DNA of 64,000 nucleotides, from NCBI RefSeq assembly GCF_006345805.1, contig NC_043011.1:66538464-66602463 (forward strand), given 5' to 3'. Source of the stretch: Octopus sinensis. Its lineage: Eukaryota. A model generated the notes under the pieces. It ran no database searches. It saw only the letters and a list, made by a program, of their open reading frames with translations, and was not told the DNA's origin. Below, piece after piece: positions 25,651 through 38,629 of the stretch (positions within the stretch are counted from its first letter, which is position 1; every line of letters begins with the position of its first letter). Made by a program: the position numbers and the translations under genes.

Positions 25651-26605
25651 AACAAATGGGAGAGAAGGGTTTACGAATCCAAGATGGACAGATAATCAAG
25701 TCCTACCTCTGGTCCCATGCTGTAGTGCTGACAGGGAAAGTGATGTGAGGGCAAATCGAAGTGAAGTTGATACCCCCGTCAACGATGCTATCTCTGATGC
25801 CCCTTATTCTGCTTGTTCCCCAACTCCCGCCCCTCAGACTTCACAGCTCAGCATCGTCTACACCAACTCGTGCTCCTTATTCCCAAAGTTCAGTGAACTA
25901 TTTCCACTGGCCTTACGTGACTCCCCTGATGTGATAGCTATCACCGAGACTTGGCTGAATCCAGCAGTAAAAGACTCACAAATCCACCTGCAGGGCTACG
26001 TCCTTTTCAGATGTGACAGAGGAAAAAGGCGAGGTGGAGGTGTTGCTGTGTATGTTAAGTCTGAGCACAAACCGTCCAGCGGTATTCTACCCACTAATGC
26101 TCAGCCTACAACAAAATTGGATGCCGTCTATTGCAAGCTGAGCCTATCTGAGTTTTGCCTGCCCGTGTTGGCTGTCTACAGGCCGCCTCTTGCCGACACC
26201 CAGGACGATGCTCATTTACTCGAAGCGATAAGATTCGTTTCAGCTTCGCATGACTGTTTGGTACTAGGAGACTTCAACGCTCCCACGACCGATTGGCCCG
26301 CATCAATTTGTACAACATCTTCCCGGTTCGGCCAGGCCCTTCTTGACGTGGCTGAAGATTGTTTTCTATGGCAACATGTTGAATATCCGACAAGGCATCG
26401 GTCTGGGCAGCAGCCATCTATGCTAGATCTGGTATTCTCCCGCTATCCAAGATCAGTGTCAGACGTATCTGTGTGCGCCCCTCTTGCCAAGAGTGATCAT
26501 ACGGTCCTGAAGTTCGTCATGCACACAACTTTTTCTGCGCCCACGACTACTTCGCTGCCACGTAGAGTCTTCTCTGCAATTAGTCTTGAAATTCTAACCG
26601 AGGCT
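25640..26605 (+). mobile_element. CR1-group LINE fragment: ORF1 C-terminus plus uninterrupted AP endonuclease of ORF2
   Basis: YTNSCSL, PDVIAITETWL, GYVLFRCDR, GGGVAVYV, VYRPP, LGDFNAP, PTRHR, LDLVFS, AKSDH in one open frame (25745 onward); ORF1-like tail GEKGLRIQDGQII ends at 25748. Confidence 0.9.
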
Positions 26606-26643
26606 TGTTTCTTCTTCTTCTTCTTCTTCTTCTTCTTCTTCTT

Positions 26644-26674
<31 letters not shown>

Positions 26675-26695
26675 TTATTATTATTATTATTATTA

Positions 26696-26728
<33 letters not shown>

Positions 26729-27185
26729 CATTATTATTATTATTATTATTATTATTTTTAATATTATTATTATTATTATTTGTTAGGTGGTATGATTTCT
26801 TGTTTGTATTTGTTAGCTTCATTAAATACTGAGAACAGTTTTTTTGTTTTGCTCGTGTTTTGCCGCTATTTCTATCCGTTTTCCTTCCTTCTGAAGTAGA
26901 TATTTTTGGAGCCCTATGGTGGTTATTTTATAGTAGTTTCCAGCTGTATAAGGCCTCTACCACCATCTATACGTTGTATATATAGCCATTCTATGTCAGA
27001 TTTTGGGGGATGCATCCTAGATCCTGTCATTATTTTTCTTCTTTTCCTATCTATTTTGGTCAGTTAAGGATATTGTAGCTGTAACTTATAACTGGGACGG
27101 CTAAATTGTTGATACCTATTATCTTGTTTTTAGCATTGAGCTCTGTTATCAGTATTGATCTAACTCGTCTATAATATTCTTTTTT
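26603..27185 (-). mobile_element. R4/Dong fragment of the copy-1 subfamily with (TAA)n/(GAA)n expansion
   Basis: 26782-27185 closely matches 25028-25445, with a ~17-bp deletion. Confidence 0.85.
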
Positions 27186-27188
27186 TAT

Positions 27189-27255
<67 letters not shown>

Positions 27256-27275
27256 ATATTATTATTATCATTATT

Positions 27276-30200
27276 ATGTTTTTTCCTTCTTTCTTCAAAT
27301 TTTCTTCCGTTTCTCGCCGAGTGTTTTCCATACACCTAGAGCAGTGAAATGCATTCCCATGTTACACGCGCAAATTCACAGATAAAATATGTATTTAAAA
27401 ATTAACAAATAAATAAATTCATGGATGGGTATTATTTTCACAGCGATAATGCTCTTTTCAGTACATGAGCCGTTCCTGTTAACACGATTTTTTACACTTC
27501 CTGTAGGGATGGTAAGCCTGGAATCATTTTCAAATAGGTTAAGCACCTTTTTATCATTCCTAGAGATCCTACAATCACTGGTACTGTAGTCGCCTTGAGA
27601 TGCCACATTTTTTCAATTTCTATTAGCAGGTCTTTATATTTACTAATCTTGTCAAATTCTTTCGCCGCAGTATTGTGATCACAGGGAATGCTCATGTCAA
27701 TTAATAAACACGTCCTTTTTGTCTGATCTTTTATAATGATATCCGGTTTATTAGCTTTTATAGTCCTGTTTGTCTGCACAGGGAAGTCCCATAGAATCGA
27801 CACATTTTCTCCCTCAGTCACAGCTTCAGGATGATGTTTATACCATTTGTCAGCGATTTTGATTTTATAATGCCGACATATTGTCCAGTGTAAATACTGG
27901 CCGACTCTGTCATGTCTTGCTTTATATTCTGCAGGTGCTGAGACTCTACACCCTGAGATTAGGTGGTCTATTGTTTCAATCTCATCGTTACAGAATCGGC
28001 ATTTTGGGTCAGCTCCATTTTTCATCACATTGGCTTGGTTGTTCCGGGTTAATAAGCTTTGGTCTTGAGTAGCTAATATGAAACCTTCATTCTCTGCTTT
28101 TAGCCCTGAGCTTCGTAACATTGGTGCGTGTGTTTCTGGTCGACATCAGCTTGTTTGCTACGGGCCACATACTTGCCATGGAGAGGTTTCTGTTCCCAAC
28201 TGCTAGCTAAAGTTTCATGTCTTTGCAATTAATTTTATTTTCTTTGCAGCTGCAGTTGGCGTATTTCCTTCAGCCTGATCAATCTAGTGGGTATCTAAGA
28301 GATCAGCAGCAAATTTTTGGCTCTCTTTGAGAATAGAGTGAAGTTTTTAATAAGTTATAGCATCCAATCGTTGGTTGCTTCAAGGTATTTGACCAGTCCA
28401 ATTGTGGTGGTTTTGTATATAAGTTCAAGCTGGATCAAACTTCGAACTTCCTGAGCTCTGGGAAGGTAAAGGCGATCCACGTCTGCCTTTGGATGGTGCA
28501 TCTTATTACAAGTCAGTAGCTTGCGGATTTTTCTGTCAATTTTCATTATTTCACTGGTATTCCAGTTAAGCACATTGAAGCTATAAAGGACAACTGGTAC
28601 TGCTAAGGAATTTATGGCTAAAACCTTATTATATGCATTCAGCTCAGACTTCAGGACTGCTCGGACTCTTCTATAACATTCTTTCCTAAACTTACTCCTA
28701 TAACATCCTTTCCTAAACTTGCTTGCAAGCTGGATACCAGAGCCTTCATTTATTCCTAGGTATTTATAGGTTTGTTCCTGCTCAAGTTCCTTTATTACTA
28801 TTTCGACATCTAATTCGATTGAACTAGACTTTAACAATTTCCCTTTCTTAAAAGTGGCTTTGGCACACTTTTCAAGGCCAAACTCCATCCCGATATCATC
28901 ACTGAATCCTTTCACAGTATGTAATAATCCTTCAATCTCTTCATCATCTTTGCCATATAGCTTTAAGTCATCCATATAAAATACATGGCTTATTTTCTTG
29001 TTGTCAATTTTGTAGCCATATCCTGTTCTATTCAATTCACTTGAGAGTGGTATTAGTGCTATGCGGAAAATTAGTGGTGAAAGTGAGTCACCTTGGAAAA
29101 TTCAACAGTTAATGCTAATGTCGTTTGTGTGCAATATTCCACTAGAATGATATAATTGGAGCTTCGTGTTCCATAGTGACATATACTTTGAAAAATCTGA
29201 AATCACAGGAGAAATTTTGAAAATATCCAGCGATTTCAGAATCTACGAATGTGGTATGCTGTCAAAGGCTTTTTATAATCAACACATGAAGAGCTGAGAT
29301 TTCTGCGCTTGTTATGGCAGTTCTCAAGGATCATGCGATTAATTAGGAGCTGATCTTTGCATCCGTATGAGTCCCGTCTGCATCCTTTTTGTTCAGTGGG
29401 AAAGAGGTTATTCTCTTCCATAAACGTATATGTATAGATGTCAAACTCTTATAGGTAGTAGATAAACATGTTATAGGCCGGTAGTTTTTTGGGTCTTTCG
29501 TTTTGTTACTTTTTTGGTAGGAGGTAAGTAATACCATTTGCCATCCAATGTGGTGTTTTTTCCGGGTCTTTCATAATACTATTAAATAATATTACTAACA
29601 TTTTGTGTGCGGATGAGAGTGATGAGAGCCAGAAATTTGGTACTCTATCAATACCAGCGGATTTCCACTTATGAGCCTTCGTTAGTGCCCTCCTTAGGTC
29701 GGCGATTGAGATGTCTTCCCATACCTGTTCTTGTAGATTTTTGCAGTTGCCAATTTTTATTTGTGTTTTATGTTGGTGTGCATTTGAGAGTTTATGGAGT
29801 GGTTCCCTATCATACATAGTTGTATGCCCTACAACTGCAAGCTCATTCAGAACTTCTTGCTTCATTTCAATGATAGATTTTCTGAGTTGTTCAACAAACA
29901 TGTGGTCTTCAAATTCTATTTCGACATAATTTTCCGGGCTGTATTTCTAGGGTCATATTTCCTTCTTCTTCAGGATCTTGAGTCGATTCGGTAGATGGTC
30001 GTCTTTCAGTCAATGCTTGTGGCCCAACATTCCTCTCCTCAGCTTCGTTATATCTTTCCTGACTTGCATTTAGGTCATTCTCTACCACCTTTTTAATAGA
30101 GGTTAATTCTGCATCTGTGAGTCTGGTATTTCTGAAGATATCTCTTCTAACATTTACTAATGTTTTCATCCAGGTTTGGTCTGCTAGCTGGATTCCGGCC

Positions 30201-31672
30201 CCTCCAATTTCTGTAGGATTTTGTGGTGTGTTTTTCTTAGATTGGCCTACTTAATGCAAAGTAATAAGCATATATTACTTCTTTATATTCTTCCCGGTTC
30301 CATTTAGTTCTTTTACTCCTTTGATTTTCTGGTCGTTGTGGTAGTGAAATTTGGGGGCTTAATTTGGGACAAATCCCGTTTAAGTGACATTCCAGGTTCG
30401 TATTCGGGGAAGATATTCTGCCATTTGAAAAATTTTCGCCATCAGGCTGGCAGCCTCCTGACGGGCGCGCTTCTTTTATAACCATTGGACAAGCGAAGCG
30501 GTGTAATTTAAAAAATTTTCTTTTTAAGTAAAGTTAAATTATTAAGTCTTCATTAAAAAAAAATTGTTTTAATAAAATAAAAAATATAAGTAAAGAAAAG
30601 ATTTAACCACTAATTTTCATATAGGGGCCTCATTTATCATCATTAGCAGCAGCAGCAGCCCCAGTAGTTGTAGCAGCAGGAATATTATTGTCAGCAGTTG
30701 CAGCGGCAGTGGTAGTAGCAATAGTAATGACAGCAGCAACAGCAGCAGCAATGCTAGCAATTGTAGTAGTAGCAGTGACAGCAGCAGTAGTAGTAGCCGT
30801 AGTTGTAACAGCAGCGGTAGCAGCAGTAGCAGTAGCAATAGCAGTAGTAACTACAGCAGCAGCAGCATTAATAGTGGCCGTAGTTGTAGCAGCAGCAGCA
30901 GTAGTAGTAGTAAATGTGGCTCATGTAAATTCTTTTTTTAGGTGGAATGGTGTCCTCTCGGTCATAAAAAGTTCAAATGTCTACTACTACTAGCAGCGAA
31001 CAGTGACCTTAACCTTAAGAAAAATTAAGGAAGGGCCGAGTTACTCTGTTCCGTATTATTTGTGAATAGAGAAGTTTTGTTCGACCAGAGAGAATCTATA
31101 ATTAGTATCATTATTTTTTCCATGTGCGTTTGTTTTATTGCAATAAAAAGTGTTTGTATATTTCGTGTAAGGTAATATTCTGGAGGTTGAAGTTGCCTTT
31201 TCTAGAGATGTTTGTATATCCAGTGAGAAGAACAGGTGTGTTTTTGCAATAAAAAGTATATGTTTACATTTATATTTGAATATTCAGGGAGGAAGCAAAG
31301 AAAAGTCAGATTTTCATAGAAAGTTTTAAGGTTCACCAAAGATAGTCTTTTGTAAGTCCACACAAAGAAAAGCGCGATGATTTTAGAAGAAGAAAAAGAA
31401 AAGAGATGTTTACAGAGGCAATCGTGGGTATTAAAGTTTTTAAAGCTAATCGATTGTGTGGTTGAAAACTGTAGGTGTGTAAATTTGTAAATTTCTTAAC
31501 TTATTTTGAAGAGAATTTTAAATACTCACAGGATATTTTAGCTATTCCAGTCTTTGAGAGTTATTTTTCCCCGTTGCTAAACTGGGTCATATAAGTGTTT
31601 CTATGGCATTCGACTACTGAATTGTCAGAGCAGACAGGAACACGTCCAGCCGCTGTCAATGCTGGCGCTCCT
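27276..31672 (-). mobile_element. Probably full-length R4/Dong LINE (copy 2), disrupted ORF ~30485 to 27438
   Basis: N-terminal RTKWNREEYKEVIYAYY; KSAGIDRVPNFWL; NYRPITCLST; EQKGCRR...GCKDQLLINRMILE; GIFQGDSLSPL; FYMDDLKLY; CRFC..ETIDHLISGC; KANKPDIIIKD...LLIDMSIPCD. (TTA)n on both sides. The 5' boundary at 31672 is inferred. Confidence 0.88.
30640..30915. repeat. Degenerate (GCA/GTA)n triplet tract
   Basis: Directly visible. Confidence 0.9.
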
Positions 31673-31673
31673 C

Positions 31674-31733
<60 letters not shown>

Positions 31734-31847
31734 TATTAATATTAGTATTATTATTAATATTATTATTATTATTATTATTAATCATCACCACCATCATCAT
31801 CATTATTATTATTATCATCCTCTTTATTATTATTATTATTATTATTA

Positions 31848-34800
31848 CTTTTTTTTTCTTCTTTCAAATTTGCTTCCATTTCTTGCCGAGTGTCTTCCCG
31901 ACTCCTAGGGCAAAAAAACTCATAGTAGACATTGGTAGGCCATTAAACCAAACTCAGTAGTTCGTTCATTTTTTTTTTTTTTTTAAGTTAAATTAAAATA
32001 CATGAGCAGCAACAGTTCTCACATCGACAATGCTCTTCTCAATACGTGTGATGTACCAGTTAAGACAATCTTTTGCACTTCTTGCAGGGATGGTAAGCCA
32101 GGGATCATATAATTTTCGGTTCCCTTCTTGATCATTCCTAGTGCTTCTACGATCACTGGTATTGTCGGTCTTTATATTTTCTGAGCTTGTCAAACTCTTT
32201 CGCTGACATATTATGATCACAGGGGATGCTCATGTCGATCAATAAGCAAACTTTATTGTTTTGGTCTTTCACAACAATATCTGGTTTATTGGCCTTGATG
32301 GTTCGGTCTGTATGTACTGGAAAGTCCCACAGAATGGTTACATTTTCTCCTTCAGTTACAGCCTCAGGGTGGTGATTATACCACTTGTCGGCAGTTTTGA
32401 TATTGTAATGCCGACTTATTAGCCAGTGGAGATATTGGCCAACTCTGTCATGTCTTAATTTATACTCCACTGGTGCTAAGACTTTACATCTAGAGATTAG
32501 GTGGTCCACTGTTTCAATCATGTCGTTGCAGAATCGGCATTTTGGGTCTGCTCCATTTTTCATCACATTGGCCTGGTAGTTCCGGGTAAATAGGCTTTGA
32601 TCTTGAGCAGCCAGGATGAAACCTTCGCTCTCTGCTTTTAGCCCTGAGCTCCGTAGCCACTGATGGGTTTGCTTCTGGTCAAGATCAGCTTGTTTGCTAC
32701 GGGCCACATATTTGCCGTGCAGAGGTTTCTCCTCCCACCTATCAGACAATTGCTTGTGCGCTTTTTTCATTGCCATCATTTTCCCCTTCTTTGCAACTAT
32801 AGTTGCCGTACTTCCCTCGGGTTGTTCAGTTTGGGTATCCTGCACATATCAATAGCAAATGTTTTGCTTTCCTTTATGATAGAATGAAGCTTCTTTCGTC
32901 TCTCGTAATTTTCCACGAGCTTTAGCATCCAGTCATTCGATATTTCGAGATATTTGGCCAGTCCAATTGTGGTTGTTTTGTAAGCTAGTTCAAATTGGAT
33001 CAGGCCTCGACCTCCTTGGCTCTGGGAAGGTAAAGGCGATCTACGTCTGCCTTTGGTGGTGCATGCTATTACAACTCAGCAGCTTGCGTATTTTCTATCT
33101 ATATTCTTTACTTCACTCATATTCCAGTTCAACACATTGTACTATAAGTAACAACTGGAACTGCTAAGGAATTTATAGCTAACACCTTGTTACGTGCATT
33201 TAGTTCAGATTTCAGGACTGCACGAACTCTCCTATAACATTCCTTCCTGGATTTTCTCTTTCATGCTTGCATTCTGAATACCAAAGGCCTTTCATTTATC
33301 CCTAAATATTTCTATGTTTGTTCTTGCTCAAGCTCTCTATGACTGTGTCAACATCTAACACGACTGAATTTTGTGTCTTTCACTTTCCCTTTCTGGAAAG
33401 TGGCCTTGGCACACTACTCAAGTCCAAACACCATCCCGATGTCATCACTGATGCTTTCATTCACGGTGCGCAATAGGCCTTCAGTTCATTATTGTCTTTA
33501 CCATAAAGTTTTATGTCATCCATATAAAATAGATGGCTTATTTTTTATTGGCATTTTATATACCCATACCCTGTTCTGTTTAATTCACTTGTTAAGGGGG
33601 TATTAGGGTTATGCAGAATATAAAAGGTGAAAGTGAGTCACCTTGAAAAATTCACAGTTGATGTTTATATTTTCTGAGGCAAGTACTCCATTGGAGTGGT
33701 ATAATTGGAGATTCGTATTCCACACACATACTGTGCTTCAGGAGGAGTTTGAAATCACAGGGAAATTTTGAAGATGTCCAGCGATTTTCAAGATCCATGG
33801 ATGCGGTATACTGTCGAAGGCCTTTTTGTAGTCAATCCATGCGGTGCTGAGATTTCTGCGCTTGTTGTGACAGTTCTTAAGGATCATACGATTGATTAGC
33901 AGTTGATCTTTGCATCCGTAAGAGCCTCGGCGGCACCCTTTTTTTTCAATGGGGAAAATATCGTTCTTCTCCATGAATGCATATGTTTTCTCCGCCAGGA
34001 TAGATGTTAGGATTTTATACGTGGTGGATAGACAGGTTATAGGCCGATAGTTTTTTGGAAGGTTGGTTTCGTTATTCTTTGGGAGTAGGTAAGTAATGCC
34101 ACTTGCTAACCATTCAGGCGTTTTCTTTGGGTCTCTCATAATTCCATTGAGCAGCTGAACTAGCTTACCGTGTGCGCATGGGAGCGATGCGAGCCAGAAA
34201 TTCGGCACCCTATCTTTACCGGGGGATTTCCAATTATGGGCCTTCGTGAGTGCCTTTCTTAGGTCTGCTATTGTGATGTCTTTCCATGCTTGTTGTAAAT
34301 TTTGGTAGGATCCTTCAGTTTGTATAATCCAGTCTGCATTTATGTTGTACGTCTTCTTGTCACTCCAAATCCTTTTCCAAAAGTTTTGATCTTCTTCCAT
34401 GGGAGGGGGGGTCTTTAACGGTTACTTTCTCCTTCCCTATTTCTCTGTAGAATTTTTTGGCATTAGATGTGAACAGCTTATTTTGCTTGTAAAACTTGTT
34501 TCTCTTCTCAAATCTTCGTATTCTTTGGGCTTTTGCTTGGACTTTTTGTTTCAGCGTTTCTTTTATTGATATCAGTTCTTCTGTTGGTGAGGATCCAAAT
34601 TTTCTCTTCATCTTTCTTCCTGTTCTGGATCTTACATCATTTCCACATATTAGTTCATTTAATATTGATATTTCCCCTCTTATAAATTCAATCTCTTTTT
34701 CAATTTTACTTCTCCAGATTTGATTTCTTCCCAGGTTTTGTTTTCTTTGTTTTTTCGGGGGCATACAGTTGGTTTCAATTGCCCTAGCAGAAGCGTAAAT

Positions 34801-35730
34801 AATTTCATTTAACTCAGTAAAATCAGGTTTTAATTCTCTTATTATTTCCTTTGTTACATAGTTGCCAATTTGGATTTGTTTTTTTATTTTGGTTTGTATT
34901 TGAGAGTTTATGAAGTGGTTCTCTATCATTCATACTTGTATGTCTTACAACTTCAAGTGTATTCAGGATTTTCTGCCTCATTTCTGCTATAGATTCTCTG
35001 TGTTCTTCAGCAAATGCGAGATCTTCAGTTACTGTTGTTTTTTCGTTTTCCTGGCTATCTTTAACAGGTACGATAGAATTTCTTGTATCTTCAGGCTTTT
35101 GCATACTTTGGTCAGATGGCAGTCTTTCAATTAAGCCTCATGGCGGGCTATACTCTTCATCTGATTCTTCATTTCCTTTGTGTCTTATATTTATGTCATT
35201 TTCGGTTGCGTGCTTGATCGCGCTTATTTCACTGTCTGTGAGTCTGTTATTTCTAAGGATATCCCTCCTCACATTTGCTAATTTGTTCTCGCCCAAATAG
35301 GGCCTACTGTCTTGATTCCGTGTTCTCCATATACTGTAAGAGTTTGCGGTGTGTCTCTTTTGAGATGGCCTACCTAATGCATCGTAATAAGCGTATATTA
35401 CTTCTTTATACTCTTCTCGGGTCCATTTGTTCCGCTTACATTTTTCTTTCTGTGGTGGTTGTGGTGGTGAACTTGGAGGGCTCGAGTTGGGGGATTTCCC
35501 GTTCAAGTGACCATCCATGTCCGTATTCGGAGAAGAGTTTGTGCCAGTTGATGACTTTTCGATCCCAGGCTGGCTCTTCCCTGGGGGACGCGCTTCCAGA
35601 TTAACCATAGGACAAGCGATTTGGTATACTGATTTAGTTTTCCTTTTAGGCTGGCTCTTCCCTGGGGGACGCGCTTCCAGATTAACCATAGGACAAGCGA
35701 TTTGGTATACTGATTTAGTTTTCCTTTTAG
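31848..35730 (-). mobile_element. Near full-length R4/Dong LINE (copy 3), disrupted ORF ~35608 to 32019
   Basis: RNKWTREEYKEVIYAYY; KSPGKDRVPNFWL; NYRPITCLSTTYKILT; GCKDQLLINRMILKN; DYKKAFDSIPH; EKPLHGKY; LKAESEGFILAAQDQ; CRFC..ETVDHLISRC; KANKPDIVVKD. (TAA)n-type arrays at both ends. Confidence 0.92.
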
Positions 35731-36510
<780 letters not shown>

Positions 36511-36887
36511 TAAACGCTGCACAGTATACAATATCGTGATGTAGTTGAAGTAAGTTATTGTGTCTACCGGGGCTTTGTACAGTTTGTCAAATCATAACAG
36601 TGACCTCACACAGACAGGACGTGCTTCTACATATTTGGTGTCATTGAAACCAATGCTCCGATAACAATAGCGATAACCTTTAGGTTTGACTCTCGTAGCT
36701 GCCACAGCTTAGCGATCTCAATTCTCAAGTATCCATACTTATCAACTTTTTCTCTTTGCCATGACCTCCGGCACTGCCACCTCAATTATTAGGCGCTCCA
36801 CATTTGTTCCTCCTAAAGGTTATTATATCCGGCCTTCAGTGCTCTGGAAGGCAAAGTCCGAGGAAATTTGTTCCCTTTCCTTTTTCT

Positions 36888-36890
<3 letters not shown>
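36511..36890 (-). mobile_element. 3' fragment of an older RLE (R4/Dong-like) LINE subfamily
   Basis: Broken peptides RPDII, IEVAVP, EKVDKY..LRIEIAKLW, VIAIVIGAL; 3' end abuts (AAT)n and resembles 38630-38700. Confidence 0.7.
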
Positions 36891-36951
<61 letters not shown>

Positions 36952-36957
36952 CATTAT

Positions 36958-37490
36958 TGAGTGAGAGAGCAGTTCATGCCATCAAAATGACACTGGGGTA
37001 AAATATACGAAGCCCAATATACCCATCATGACTACCCGTCTGATAAGGGTACATCAGGCACATGCATCACAACCATATGTGCTCGACATGGTGATCTCCT
37101 ATCAAGATAAACAGTACATGACCTTACAGGTGGGGCCCAGTTAGAATTTTCTTCAGGTTGAGTAGCCCATCCCGCTAAAACGGTCCCTGAATAAGGGTTG
37201 TTTAAGTATGTTGAAAAAACCACCCATGTTTCCAGAGGTGAATTATTCAAACCCTAAAGAATCCCTCTCAACACATGGCTATGAGTCACCCCCACTACTT
37301 CTGCTCGTGATCAAAGATGCACATATTGTCAGCCACTAAGGGACATGCTCAACTGTTTAAGGTCAAACAACTGACAAGCAAATCTGTGGTACTGAGCTGA
37401 ATATTTGCTGTAGCCCATCTTTTATACCAAGACAAAACAATGTACATAATAACACTTCCAATCAGTCAAGATTATTTTTATTACTATTAT
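36958..37490 (-). mobile_element. Interspersed repeat ending in (AAT)n, probably the 3' end of an RLE-type LINE or a derived SINE
   Basis: Bounded by (TTA)n arrays; resembles a repeat I recall as abundant in octopus; only weak decayed nuclease-like peptides. Confidence 0.45.
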
Positions 37491-37519
37491 TATTATTACT
37501 ATTAGTATTATTATTATTT

Positions 37520-37564
<45 letters not shown>

Positions 37565-38245
37565 TACTCACAAGAAATTAGACTGTTACCCTTCAAGCAT
37601 TCTTGCTGTCGCTAATAACTCTCTTTTCCGGATCTGTCCTAAACTTCGTTTTACGCCATATTCCTCTAAACATTTCTTCAAATAATTAGGGATACTTACT
37701 AATGCACCTATAACTAGTGGGATACATTATACCCGAACGTTCCACTTGAAGATACTGAATGCCATCCCTGTATGTTTGCTGCACATTTGCCGTCTCAAGA
37801 AGCCTCTCCATTTCATAGGAGGAGCATGTCGGCACCAAGCACCCGAAAACTCTTATTCATAAATGAAGGCATAGGAAGCAGTAGAGGTTTTGGGCTACAT
37901 TGTTATGTCTATACTTGTATTCTTTCTGCGCAAGACGTTCACAAGCACTAACAACATGAGCCCCGCTTTCGACCCATTTGCCACACATTCTGTAAACGTA
38001 TGTTGCCCTTATGTGGTATATATTCATTTTCACCGAGTTGGTATTCAATACCTGGTCTTAGGCAGTGATGATTAGTCATTCAGTATTCTTTTTTAGGTCA
38101 CCCAACTTGAGCAACCTCCATGACGCTTCCTGATTTTTTTACTTTGTTGGTTTTGGGGTGAGACTTACCAAGAAATTCCGCACGGTGTACCGATTCTTCT
38201 CTCTCGTTAGCAGCATACTGTAGCAGGTTTTTTCAAGGGACTTGT
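37565..38245 (-). mobile_element. Degraded R4/Dong-like LINE 3' fragment
   Basis: HVVSACERLAQKEYKYRHNNVA and LVIGALVSIP. Confidence 0.7.
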
Positions 38246-38274
38246 CATCCGGGTCTTGCATCGTCTCACCGTTT

Positions 38275-38620
38275 GGCATTTCTATGCTCCTACAATTTAC
38301 TCTTTTCTTTGTTTATTTATTTGTTTGCCATGGAAAAGATATCTCGAGAACCGCTGGATGGATTTGGATGAAACTTTCAGGGATGTTTGGCCTTGTGACT
38401 GGCATGAACTGATTAGATTTTGGAATCGAACAAGGATTTGGATTAGTTTTCCTGTTTTTTTTACTTAATTTTTGTGAGCGGTCGGATTGATTTTTAGTAT
38501 TCTTATTTGTGAGAGCATTACAGATTATTTCAGATATTCTCATTTTAAAACCTGTCTCTGGCTAATCGTTGCGAGGACGTTGCTGTTATCTTGGCGAATA
38601 TTTGTGCTCTCTTAGTGCTC
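38275..38620 (+). mobile_element. Non-autonomous Helentron/HINE-like element
   Basis: atatctcgagaaccgctggatggatttggatgaaactttcaggg motif and ttggcgaatatttgtgctctcttagtgct end; recognised from memory only. Confidence 0.45.
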
Positions 38621-38629
38621 CTTATATTG

